64,000 nt of DNA, taken from the NCBI GenBank assembly GCA_047495785.1, contig JBLDXI010000015.1:4526001-4590000 (forward strand), read 5' to 3'. Origin of the DNA: Lepidodermella squamata (taxonomy: Eukaryota > Animalia > Gastrotricha). The notes under the pieces were generated by a model. The model worked only from the letters and a program-made list of their open reading frames with translations, made no database searches and was not told the DNA's origin. Below, in pieces: positions 11,245 to 24,395 of this stretch (positions are counted from its first letter, which is position 1; the number at the start of each line of letters is the position of its first letter). Made by a program: the position numbers and the translations under genes.

Positions 11245-12145
11245 TTACGGAGTTTGACCAGCAGCAAGGCGGGCTTCAACATCTTTGATCACTTCAGGCA
11301 ATCCCGTCAGGTCATCAATGACGTAGTGAGCCCCAGCGCGGCGCAAAATTTCGCGAGCCACGTTCGCCCGGCGTTGAATTTCAGCCGCATCCATTTTCGC
11401 CTCGTCCTCCAGCGAGTTTACATCCATGTAAGTGGAATAGCGAGCAACGCCCACCGTCCAACAACCGGCATTGAGGCCCTCGCCAATACCAGTCGATGAA
11501 TCGTCCACCTTAACTACAGACTGAACCTGATCGACATCCATCAGGTCCAAGTTTCGGTACAGCATGTGCGGCTTCGGACGTGCTCCATTAGCCACGTCAT
11601 CGCCGGCAACACAGGCATCAGGCACAAAACCCTGCTTTTTCGCTTCTTCCAACAAAATTTCGGCCATAGCATGGTTGAAACCGGTAGAGATTCCAACCTT
11701 TCATAAATAGGGGTGAAAAAAGCTGGGCATAAAAAACTCATCTAACCTTGATTTTATTGTCCTTGCGCAACTTATCGAGTGTTTCACGGGTACCAGGAAT
11801 CAAAGTTCCATACCTTCGAAGGCAGGCCAATTGCATAGGTATGAAGTCCTTGTACATTGCCTGAACATCTGCGTCCGTGGATTGGCGGCCATATTTAGCC
11901 ATCCAACGAGCTGCGATAGCCGGTTGTTCCAGTAAAATCGAAATGTGCTTGTCTTTACGCTGACCCATAGTTCCGGGAGGTCCGCGAGACTCGGTTAGCG
12001 AAATGTCAACGCCGTATTTCTTGAACACGTCCTGAAATACGACTGCTGGTGCAATAACGTACTTGTCGACGGTTGTACCGCTGAAGTCAAGGACTAGCCC
12101 TTTGACGGGACCCACGTATTTCCGAACCCATTTAAAGGCACTCAT
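11245..12145 (-). CDS. phnX: Phosphonoacetaldehyde hydrolase (phosphonatase, PhnX-like HAD enzyme), 2 exons
   Basis: HAD motif I VLDFSGTTVD, Schiff-base Lys region MGQRKDKHI, RPKPHM, VVKVDDS...GLNAGCWTVGV, AGAHYVIDDL; 49-nt intron 11698-11746. Confidence 0.9.
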
Positions 12146-12381
12146 GATAATAGCGGTTAAAATACTAACACAATAAATATTTAGCTAGAAATTCAACTGG
12201 ATTTGGTCCATTTCAAAGTTTGAACCATTTTTTGAATTTTCAATCGTATTATTCGAGAAACAACGACTAGTCAAACATCTGTGGCCACTCATGTGACCTA
12301 AATAAATTAGGGAAAATTAAGCAAGCTATCTTGGTCAGCCTTTTCATTATTTCAAGTCACAAAATGCCGATTTTTTTCCCC

Positions 12382-13652
12382 TTACCAGCCCCTTGCCGGT
12401 ATCCATTTGTCAACACAGCGCACATCATCGTCCGTTATGTAATAAACCGAGTGTTTGTCGGCAGAAGCACAGCAGTGATACGGTTGGATCAACAACGTAG
12501 ACCCGATGGGGTACTTGCTGAAATCCAGCGGCTCGCTTGCTTGCTGGCGAGCTCTTATGATGCCCACCTCCTGAGTGACTCGCACAAGCACAATCTCGGG
12601 ATGACCAGCCACGCGCGCTGATAACCTCGGAACTGTTATTCCTTCGTTGTTTTGCTCTTCAATCCTGCCCAGGTCGTGCGACAGCGCCGTGAAGCCTGCG
12701 TCTATCAACATGTGGCCTTTTGATGGGTAATGGCCGACTACGCGCGCAAGAACCGCACACGCAATGTTGCTCTCATCACAAGCCCCGATGCCATTCTGCT
12801 GCGTGTCACAAAACGAGTAGGCGCCCGGATGCAGCTCGGTGATGCCCTCCGGAATACTAAACTCACACGACGTATAAGAAAAACACGATGGCGTCGCTCC
12901 GATGCCTACAGCCAGGTTAGCAAGGCCAATTTTCTTGTTAAGCTCCGCTAACCGCGAACCGGTCACACGCCCGATTTCAACAGCCTCGCCGGAGTTTTTC
13001 ACGTAATACGCGTTACCGTCGTGAGCGTAAAGACCGTGCAGAACAGTTGCCGGGCCTTTGGCTATTCTGTGGGCTAACTCTACTGTGCTTTGCGCATCAA
13101 ACATGACCCCGCCACGCCCGTAGCCACAGTCAATTTTAAGGTAGACCGACCACTTTTTCGATGCATTTGGTGGCGGGCTCTTCTCCAAAATTTCCAACCC
13201 AGCAGAACTATCCACAAACACGTGAATGTTGACATTGAGCGGCGCGCTCATGAGCGCATGCAGCCTTGCAATTCAAAAAAATTAAAAGTGACAAGAAACG
13301 TGTTCATAATGTAAAGGCACCTGTCAATGCGCGTTTTATCTACGGCATAATGTGCGAACAAAATGTCTGTGAAGCCGTTGTTCGCTAACAATTCGGCCTC
13401 GGCAAGTGTTGAAACAGTAACTGGTCTATTCTCGACGCCATCCGTCATCATGCGAGCTACCTCACTGAATAAAACAAGCTGAATTTCATTGCGGTTTTTT
13501 GCAAGCTCGACCTACACGCATTTGTGTGTTTTCATGTGAGGACGTAAAACAACGTTGCGGGCCCGGCAGTACTCCAGCATTTTCCGACAGTTCTCCTGAA
13601 CACGTGCTCGGTTAACAACGAAGCACGGCGTAGGTAAATCGCTCAACAACAT
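12382..13652 (-). CDS. D-serine dehydratase / D-threonine aldolase-like PLP enzyme (fold type III), 3 exons
   Basis: MLLSDLPTPCFVV...LRPHMKTHK (PLP Lys), STLAEAE, KIDCGYGRGG, LYAHDGNAY, GATPS, ELHPGAYSFCD, IDAGFTALS, PYHCC (Zn ligands). Confidence 0.88.
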
Positions 13653-14140
13653 TGCCGCCAGCAATCGACCAAAATTACAAAACTACACAAAGTAAAATAA
13701 GAGTGTAACCAATCATTTTCTCATTTATTGCCAAGGAACGTGCTGCCGATTATCATAAAACGATGTGATAATATAAAAGCCAAAAAAGAGAAAGCAACGA
13801 GCCCAGGTGATATTTTTAAATTTTAACATTTTTAACATTTTTCCGAATTTCCAGCTAATCGCCAAATAATCTGATTAAGAACACGCGATATAATAATCAT
13901 TTTTCCAGCATTTGTATATATATATATCTCTGTTTATAATTTTAATATAGATTTATTCAAGGGACACCGTATATTGTGCATGGGAAGGTATCATTTTTTA
14001 ACTAAATATAAAAGAGAAAGAAACAAAAACCCAACTAATAAGCATAACATTTCACAGAAAAAAATGAAGGCGCGTTAGTTGAGGATAATACATAGATATA
14101 ATTCAATATATCAGACAATGATCGAGCACGATTCAGTTGA

Positions 14141-16766
14141 TCACGCAATATTGTCATTCAGGCTGTCCAAATTTTGAAGATCAAGCGGAACGATTGGAAC
14201 TATTGACGGAGCAATGCGCAAGCCAGCCATGAGGCGATTCTGATTTTCATTGGGCAAACCTGTACTTTGGGAAACACCCTTTGTATGTTCGATTGCAGAA
14301 CGCGTCATTGGATAGCAACGCACAACGTGTCCCTGTAAAATCAGGAATAAACATTAAAAATATCTATTTGGATTTTCGAAATATTCGCACCTGATTTGTT
14401 CCGTAAATTATTCCTCCCCTGGAATGATCAACCCAGACTAGACAATTAACAGCAAGCCTGGGCAGTTCCCAGAACGGCTCTGAAGAAGGGTGTCTGACAT
14501 TACAGACAGTTCGCAAGGTTCCCGTTTGTGCATTGATTTCGAACACTCGAAGAACGGGTGATGAAAGCGATGCGATACTTATTGATCGTAGTGAAAAACC
14601 AACAACAATAAAATTTCCTTCTGGTGAGAAGCAAAGTGACGTTCCAGAGCCTTCAAATGTCGTCGAGGCAATTGGAAGCCAATAAGTATTCGTAGCAGCT
14701 GTCGATGAAAGCTGAACTGGGGTGGACGATGTGGATGGTCGATCATCAGATTTCTCCGACGAATCTTTAGTCGCCTTGCTGTAGCGACCCGAAGAAGTGA
14801 CGTCAAAAATAGCGACCATCGTGCGATTGAGAGAGGGAGATCCAGGGCCAACAACAATAGGAGATCTGCCAGTGGATGGTGCAGTTTGATCATTGTTCGG
14901 TCGAGAATTGGGCGTTGATAACGGAGAATTGGATGAAAGGACCAAGTTACTAGAGGCGGCAAAAGTGCTGGAAGGAACAAAGCATGCGATTCGAGTGCCG
15001 TCGCTGGAAAGATTGATGGCAGACTCGCCGCGAACGATGCACTCCGTAATTCGCTCCATTACAAGATCTTTATCTGTTAAAGTGGTCAGCTGAGGAGCCG
15101 TTTCGAGATTCCATCTAAACAATTCGGTCGGGGCTTCGCCAAAAAGCGCGGGGCAACTCGGACCCTGTTGGGTGTGAAGGTCGTCCAGCAGAGCACGAAC
15201 ACCTGGGCCCGTTGGAGGAATCAGTAAGCGATTCCTCAACCTTGCAAGAGGTGGCTCAACAGCGTTGACAACTTGGCGATGAATAGCATTTCCGATTGGA
15301 GGGAGAAAACCTTCTTGAATTCTAGACAAACTATCACGAAGCTGCTCAAGCCGACGACGAGTTTCACGAATTTGGGCTTCAAGTTGCGACATCCTCGCCG
15401 AATAATTTTCGCCTCCATTCGAAGAAGCCGCGGCATACGAATTGACAGCTTCAGAAGCTGCGTTGACGGCCGCAGCTGCTACCGACCGAGACATGGGCGG
15501 ACGACCCTCGAGAAACGAGTTCAACATTCGAGCATTTGAGGCTATTGCGGAACGTGGCGTTCCAGCTTCAAACTGCTCAGCTGGATTCCCGTTTGACGAC
15601 GAGGCACCTGCGCCATCAGGCTGATTAGATTCTTGGCCAAGCCGCGATGCGGTTGCTGCCAAGCGGTGAAGAATAGCCTCAGCTTGCCGAAACAGCTGAT
15701 GGACTACAAGCTCAGAATCGTCGTCAAGGCTGTGATGAGCAGCGCGATGACGAGCTCCTCGATCTAAATTACGAGATTCAAGAGGACTTGGTTGTTCGTT
15801 GCGAGACGACCGGCTTCCGCCACGTTCAACGTCCGCTGCCGATACTGCATTTCGGGGAGGCGGTGCTTCTGCAGGTCTGTTGCTGGATCGAGCTAATCGC
15901 AACAGAGGTCTTGGGCGTCGCAATGAAATTGCACTAGCGGGTGCCGCTTGATTGTTAGACATAATGTTTTTCACATCGCCAACAATGTTTTCGAATGCTG
16001 TATACAAGCAAGAACCAGATGGGTCGAATTGCATCCATCTAAATTATAGTATGCAGCAATAAATTAACAGATTGAGACCTATATAAAATACTTACAGCAA
16101 GAATTTCGACTCGAAGTCAATAGAATGGAGACAAAGACTCTTTCGCCAGTTTATGATGAATAAGCCGTGAGCAGTTGACGCGAATAGAAGATCAGCAGTA
16201 GGGTGAAATGTCAAAGACGTTATGGCACTCACGGATCTAATCGGCATTTGTTCAAAGGCCGCGTTCTGACAAAATATAAGTTTCGAATAACATTTCAACC
16301 ATGAAAAAGCTTCCTTACATCGATGTCAAACACGTAGACTTCTCCAGCGAGGCAGCCAGAGGCGACGATATGGGTGTAAACAGGGTGAAATCTGGCACAT
16401 ATTGGCGTTCGATGATGAGCAACAAATGCCCGTTTACACGCCCAACGCTCAGTATCAGATATACGCACAGAATGATCACCGTGTGTGGTGCATATGTACT
16501 GACGATTGGATGAGACAACGGCTGTGTAAGTTGATCTAAAATTCTGATCCAGAGATCCATCGTTGGTCTTCAGCTCTAAATTCTAACGAATCATATAAGG
16601 TTCTTATAACATTGATATTAACATCTCAGATAAATAATACCTTTGGTAGAACGTTCAGCCAGAGTTCTCTGATTAATGCCGTATCAAAAGAAACTGATCG
16701 CCTTTCCTTGTAACCATACTGACTTCGAAGTAAACGTTTTGGTAGTATCAATTTCTTTGACGGCAT
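14141..16766 (-). CDS. AMBRA1: AMBRA1 (split WD40 with long disordered insert)
   Basis: Spliced N-terminus has RSTYTAVVSSNRQYICTTHGDHSV and HRTPICARFHPVYTHIVASGCLAGEV (AMBRA1-like); then TFHPTADLL, QFDPSG, a long low-complexity insert, and C-terminal GGIIYGTNQ|GHVVRC. Confidence 0.8.
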
Positions 16767-18154
16767 AGTCTATCATAAATCGATATGAAAAAATAGAAAA
16801 TGTGACTTATTAACACTATGCAAGGCCAGTAAAGAGTACAGCCATCGCCGAAAGCTGACTTTAGATTTTAAGAGCAAGTTTTGATAGAGTAATTTTATCA
16901 TCACTATATTATCTCGATCAGACAGATGTTTGAGCTTTCAGTGTTTTTTTGAGACAGAAGGTGACTTAAAGTGAGCATTGAGAATATATAATAAACGAGC
17001 GATAAGCGATTAATTCTCAGGTACAAAGGTTTGTGGAAGCTTAGTCAATCAGTAAAATGCAAAGCGATTGCCTTATCTAGTCGCTGGTCGATCCCAGATC
17101 CCGGTCAGTAATGAATAATGAACTTATTTGAGCACGAAATTCACAAGATGTCAATTGCCTGTACCTCAGGGGAAAGCCATTTTGGGTCTTCAACTTAAAC
17201 TTAATTGTCGCTTCACCGTTCTTCTTGCACCAATCACCTTATCTGCATGTGAAAAACGGGTTTCTGCACGGCGCGATAGCTTCGCGGTAGAAAAAACAGC
17301 GGCGTATTTTGAATAGGGAATAGGGAGCGATTATTTCTAACCGTAACCAGTAACCAGTAGTCTTCGTTGGAAGCGTTTCGCGGTACAAAACTAGGTTTTC
17401 GACGCGTCTTTTTCCGCAAGTTCACGGGACGACCTAAAGTAATTACTATTTAATTTTCACGTTTGTTTATTACAAATTGATTCTATTTTGATTTAAGCGC
17501 GCAAAATAATGATTAAATGCCAATTTTATTAACATTTGGCCGCATGTATTTTGCCATCTCGGTAATGACGGTACGGTTGGCCTGGTTCTGAGTTTTGAGG
17601 AGGCGAATCTCTTACCCTGCACCCTGCTAGCTCTTTAAACTCGTTGATTAGCGCAACCTAATAAGACTTATGCCTTGTGCCCATGTCATGAGGATGCATT
17701 GGGATTCCCATTTTGCTCACTTAGAGATTAGTCTTGACCCAGCATTTTGATTTTTAATGATACGTGGATGGTGGCTGGATTTTAAACCCAGTTTTCATTT
17801 CTTCTTTGAGGACTCCGAGGCATCAGGTTCTGGATCCTGGATCAGTATTGAGATAATATGATGGTGGCCACGACTAGATTTAACGCGATGGAATCTTGTA
17901 TCTTGCCTCTTTCATTGTCCCTGGCCCCTGATAGTTGATAGTTTGTGATTCCTTCTTTGGTATTACAGAGAATAAAGGCTTGGGGAATGGGAACAACCAG
18001 CTCTTGTCAATTTCCAAACTTTTCATCGATTTTACCGCTGCCATTGCATCGATCTAGTGGTTTCAGCCCAGACGAAAATTGATGTGACCCCTGACAACCT
18101 GTTATGAAGTTATCTAATTTCTAATTTGCTTTTTTATTTTATAGATTATTAGTT

Positions 18155-19541
18155 ATGGCTTTGTCGAAGAGCTCTAATACATACAATCGGCAAAGTTGGG
18201 AAGATTCAGTAAGATTAAATTGTTAATCAATTGAAGTGCATAGTGATTTCAATTTCTTGTAGGAATTTCCGATCATCTGTCAAACATGCCTTGGCGACAA
18301 CCCATACATGCGAATGGTTAGTCTGAACTTGTGCTTTTGTACTTTCTCTATCAATTTTTTCATTGTAGCTTAAGGACCGTTATGGTATCGAATGTAAAAT
18401 TTGCAATCGCCCATTTACATCGTTCCGCTGGTGCCCTGGCAAAGGCATGCGTTACAAGAAAACAGAAGTCTGTCAAACTTGCGCAAAGTTGAAGAACGTA
18501 TGTCAGACTTGCTTGTTGGATCTGGAATATGGATTGCCCGTTCAAGTTCGCGATTCTGCCACTAAAATTGGTGATAATGTTCCTAAAGATGCGGTAAATC
18601 GAGAATATTTCATTCAAAACGCGGAGAAACAGGTTAGTTGCTCGTTACCTCGGTACTTATGATTTCATATTCACGTTTTCTTTCTCAGTTGACCGTTTCC
18701 GGTGAAGGTGCCCTGGCTGTATCCACACTTGGAAAAGCTCAGCCACCAAGCGATGTCCTTGCTAAGCTTGCTCGAAGCACACCATATTACAAGCGAAACT
18801 TGCCACATATCTGTTCGTTTTGGGTTAAAGGCGAGTGCCGACGTGGCGAAGAATGTCCATATAGGCACGAGAAGCCAACCGACCCGGATGATCCCATGGC
18901 AAGTCAGAATCTCAAGGACCGTTACTACGGTGTCAATGATCCGGTTGCCGACAAGTTGCTTAAGAGGTTAGTTATTTCATGATATCGTGCATTTGAAATC
19001 ACTGGCTCTATTTAGGTACGCGGAGATGCCGAAGCTGCAGCCACCGGATGATATAAATGTCACGACTCTTTACGTTGGAAACCTTGGCGGCGTTGTCGAT
19101 GAAAAGCAGCTTCATGATTATTTCTACCAATTTGGTGAAATTCGGCTGATTACTCTTGTTCCACGTCAGAACTGTGCGTTCGTTCAATTCACCACTCGAG
19201 CTGCTGCAGAGAAGGCTGCAGACAAAGCACAAAATAACCTGGTGATTGGCGGTCGAAAACTGGTGATTCGTTGGGGCAAACCTCAGTCATTGGAGTCAAG
19301 TAAATCGGAGGATGATGCTGCCGCTTTATCGAGCCATTTACCACCAGTCCCTGGTTTGCCGCCAATAGCCCAACCCCCACCAGTTGCTACAGCGCAATTC
19401 TTTGGGCTGATTCCTTTACCAGCCCAACCACCTCCCCAGTCGGCTACTGGTGTCTCGGCTGCAAAGGTCACGAGCTCCGCTCCGCCAACTGCGCCGCCAT
19501 CCGGTCCAGTTCACTATCCATCGCAACTCGGAGACCAATGA
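18155..19541 (+). CDS. RBM22: Pre-mRNA splicing factor RBM22 (Slt11/Cwc2 family)
   Basis: [58 protein letters not shown] finger [33 protein letters not shown], Pro-rich tail. Confidence 0.96.
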
Positions 19542-19649
19542 AGTGTCTCTTCACTTTTCGGATCACGTTTTTTGTTACGCTGAACAATACAAATTGTTAA
19601 TGCGAGGTTCTTAAGTATACATTTTCTGTGTTATTTTTAGGTTTTTTAA

Positions 19650-20753
19650 ATGATATATTGTTCAATTGGGAAATCGAATCTAGCTTTATTTATTTTGCTC
19701 AGTTTCGCTCCACAATGCCGCTGTTGTTGCGGGGTTGGGACGCGAGAATCTGTGTCCTACCAACTAGATCTGACCAACTATCCAACCCAACCTGTTTTTC
19801 ACTACTATAACGCGTGGAATGTGGCAACTTACACCACTCCTCGCGCCGAATACTCCACTGCAACAGCCACGACCACTACATCAATTTCACCGCTCAGCAC
19901 TTCATCGAATTTCCAGCCTACATATGCACCGACAAGGGCAACTACGACGATAGGAGTTTATCGGCTGAATTGTACTGACAAAGAAAGCGTTGAACGAAAC
20001 TGTCTGCATGGCGTTTGTTACGTCATGGAGGCTAGAGATGCGTCTAATACTCTGGAGAGAGTGATTCTCTGCGAATGTGATGAATTTTTCGGAGGAGAGG
20101 TGTGCGACACGCCTAAAACTGACTACGAAGCAGTTCTGGCCATGTCTGATAAACAAAAAGTCCCTATATCGGCTCTGGTCACTGGAGTTACGGTTGTCGC
20201 TGTGTGCATTGTGCTTTCGGTGCTTGTTATTATAGCTTATTTTACCTCATTCGCTTACACGAAATGCTGTCGCAAACCGGCTAGCAACCGTCGTTCGGTT
20301 TCTCAGATTAGCGAGACCGGAATCCCGCTAGAACAGCAAAACTTGTCGGCAGAAGAAAATGCAGTGCGACGACGTCGTTTAGTTGCCCAAGAAAATCCGA
20401 CTGTTGTGACCGATAGTGTCGAAATGCCGTTGCGAATGTCTCGGCCTAATGTGAGAAAAATTTAAATTTTATTCCGATGCACATTTATGTCGTTTTTTCT
20501 ACAGACTGGATCAGCGCATGTCCTGGTTGTGCCTAGTGGTATGGTTGGCGACGAAGTATCTCCGATTAACTCGCTGGAGTCGGACCGGCGAACGCTTATT
20601 TCCGCTCATATATCTCAACAAGGTGCTCATACGAATAATTATTTCTTCAATGCCTCGCCATCGCTTCGAGGCGGCGCGGCCGCTCCTCTCGCAACAATGG
20701 AACCGGTGGAATCTGATAACACGAATTCTCCCCGAATTTATACACTTGTTTAA
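19650..20753 (+). CDS. Type I membrane protein with a single EGF domain (EGFR-ligand-like)
   Basis: Hydrophobic N-terminus, Thr/Ser-rich stalk, six-Cys EGF motif CTDKESVERNCLHGVC...CECDEFFGGEVC, TM helix ALVTGVTVVAVCIVLSVLVIIAYF, intron 20451-20503, ends IYTLV. Confidence 0.75.
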
Positions 20754-21170
20754 CCTAGAAAGAAATGATGCAAATTTTATCAGTCATGAGCCATATTTTT
20801 TTATAAAGAGCTTTGCTGTGCGCGTGTCAACATTTTATTTACCTAGAGTGTGTAAATTATTCGAATATTTATCAAATTTTATGAAATCTATCGATTGATT
20901 GTGACCTTTCATACCTGTTGAAGCATGATTTAATACATGATCGCTTTCCTGATGTTTGTGACGAATATTTTCTGCATATCGCATTAGCTTTTCGACCAGT
21001 AGTGCTCCTTTTTGACGGTTGTGTCTCCTTATAGATCGACGGTAATAAGACAACTTTGGCATTGTCGTTGTTGATGTTTTCATATCGACAGTAAACTCAG
21101 CTACGTTTGAAATATCTTGTTCGGTTTCTAGGTCAGTTTTTGATTGTTAGTTGAAATATTCGGGTACAAA

Positions 21171-22491
21171 ATGGCCGCTACTGCTGCTGCTGATAAGCAC
21201 GTCGAAGTTGAAGTTGTGGCTAACAACCCACCAGTAGCTGTTATCGCATCAAATGTCGCCACTTCATTCACGTTTTACCCTCTTGTATACGCCCGATCGC
21301 TGATGCAGGTTCATTTTGCGGGCAAATGCGTAAAAGTCATCCATAAATTTGTTGATTCAAGGTTGGATTCGAGCCTGTTCTCCCGATTGAAGGAAAGACT
21401 CTTTCTGGGCATAGAGCAATGTTCTACCCTAATATTTTTGGATACTGTAAGTTTCCCCATGTATTAAGCTGCGTTCACTCGAGTGAATAATTACTTGAAA
21501 GTTATAATTTATGAAGTTGAAATCAATTGAATCAAAATTAAAGTAAAATATGAATATACTTGAACTAAATTGAGCTACGGAAAGCCGGTTGAAAGAGGAA
21601 AATTAAAAATTATGAAAATTCATGAAAGATGGCATTTTTCTGGGATTTAAATGTGGCATTAATTTAGTGAAGCACATGTCGAAGCAGAATGGGCTGGGCT
21701 CGCTGTGGACAGGTTATTCGTACCGCTTTACGGCCATTCTGGCCAGCACTCAACTCGAGCCCCGCCTGGCGGGTTACCTCGAAAGCATCAACTCGGCTAA
21801 CGATGATCGAGACTCGCAGTTAACTCAGGTGTGCAAGAAGTGTGTGAACGACGTCGCTTGCAAACTGACCATAACTGTCATGCTGTACCCTCTGCAAGTC
21901 ATGATGTACCGCGCCATCGTGTCCACTGTCGGCGGCGAAATTTTGTACAAATCTCCGATGCGGGCGGTTAGTCACATACTTGAAACTGAAGGAGTGCGCG
22001 GGTTTTACAGGTTTGTGTTATTGCAATTTGGATTTTCTCATGTAATCAGCTGTCTCGTGTATTTCGCATTAGCGGTCTTCTTCCTACAGTAGCGTCAGAA
22101 GCGTTGGGTATTACCGTAGTTCATGCTCTGAACTATTTGTTCAACCGCTATGTCGTCACTCGTTTTGGTCTTGATGAGTCTATGACTGGCATTGTTCGCT
22201 TGTTATTTGCCGTAAGCGTGAATTGTACGGAATTCTTCAAGTGCTAACGATTTTTTTTCCTAGATGTTTGTTGGCCGCATCTCATATCCGTTCCATGTTG
22301 TGAGCACCAACATGGCGATCACCAACTCGGGCTTGCGCGCTTCTCGCCTGCTGTCGCCGAGGCCCTTTGATGACTCGCTTGACTGCTTAAAGTTCTTGCG
22401 CGCTCGTCACAACGTCAGGTTGGGCGAAGACTTCTTCTGGCGCCGTTATTTGGGCTCGTCCAGTGCCATCATTGCTTCGCACCGTCTCTAG
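21171..22491 (+). CDS. MTCH: Mitochondrial carrier homolog (MTCH1/2)
   Basis: FYPLVYARSLMQ|VGFEP, YPLQVMMYRAIVSTVGGEILY, ILETEGVRGFY, SYPFHVVSTNMAITNSGL, FFWRR. Confidence 0.85.
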
Positions 22492-23057
22492 AAATAATTC
22501 TGAGAGAAATCCTTGCAAAGCTTGCGAATCGGAATACACCTATAACATTGCCCTTAATTGATTGCGATTATAATTCAAGTATAATTTTTGCGGTGAAGCC
22601 TTATTATACTGCTCTGTAAAGCTTCGTTCTTCTTCAGAAAGAGAGATTTCGTTTATTCTAGTTGCCCTGAAGGTACGTGAAAATTGGCTGTGAACGCTAT
22701 GAATTTATTGTGATGAAATACCAAATGTGGAATAACTACTATCATTGTAGCCAATTTTTTCAATGAAAGCCGATGTGATATGCGTGTGATATTTCATCTA
22801 TGGGGAAGGCTTGGGGTAAATTCATACGCCGTTTTATTTATATTTAACCATACGCTGGAGTTAGGTATCAGGATTCCACCAGGGTAGACTCCTAAGTGGG
22901 ACGAGGTTGTACTCATTCATAACCACCATGTTCAAAAGCCTCCTCCAAGATTAGGGTAAATGCCCATGAAACTTGACGTATCGAGTTCCCAACATATGTA
23001 ATCTTTTCAATTTTTTTTTGTCATTTTTAGGGTATTAGTGCAATAATTTTGTTGAAA

Positions 23058-24115
<1,058 letters not shown>

Positions 24116-24395
24116 TCGAGTTGAAATACCAACATGGCGTAAAATTAATTTAACAAAGTATTGTTATGTGGGGTGAGAGACATTCTAAAAACCGATGGTA
24201 TATTAATCCATTTTTTGGTTGTACATATGCCTTTCTTAAGACGTGAAATGACATCATAATATAATTTTGATTTGGTGACGGAGTGAAGGTCTGAATATTT
24301 ATGGTTGCCCGTTGAACAAACCTATTTAAAACTGCTGAAATAAACTATTTTTTTCTTTTGATGAACTGATAGATTTATATGTTAGTTCTTAGAAC

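Noticed and set aside
11245-13652. Bacterial contamination or very recent horizontal transfer of phnX and the DSD-like gene
   Set aside because: Both have host-type spliceosomal introns and lie among animal genes; older transfer cannot be judged without phylogeny.
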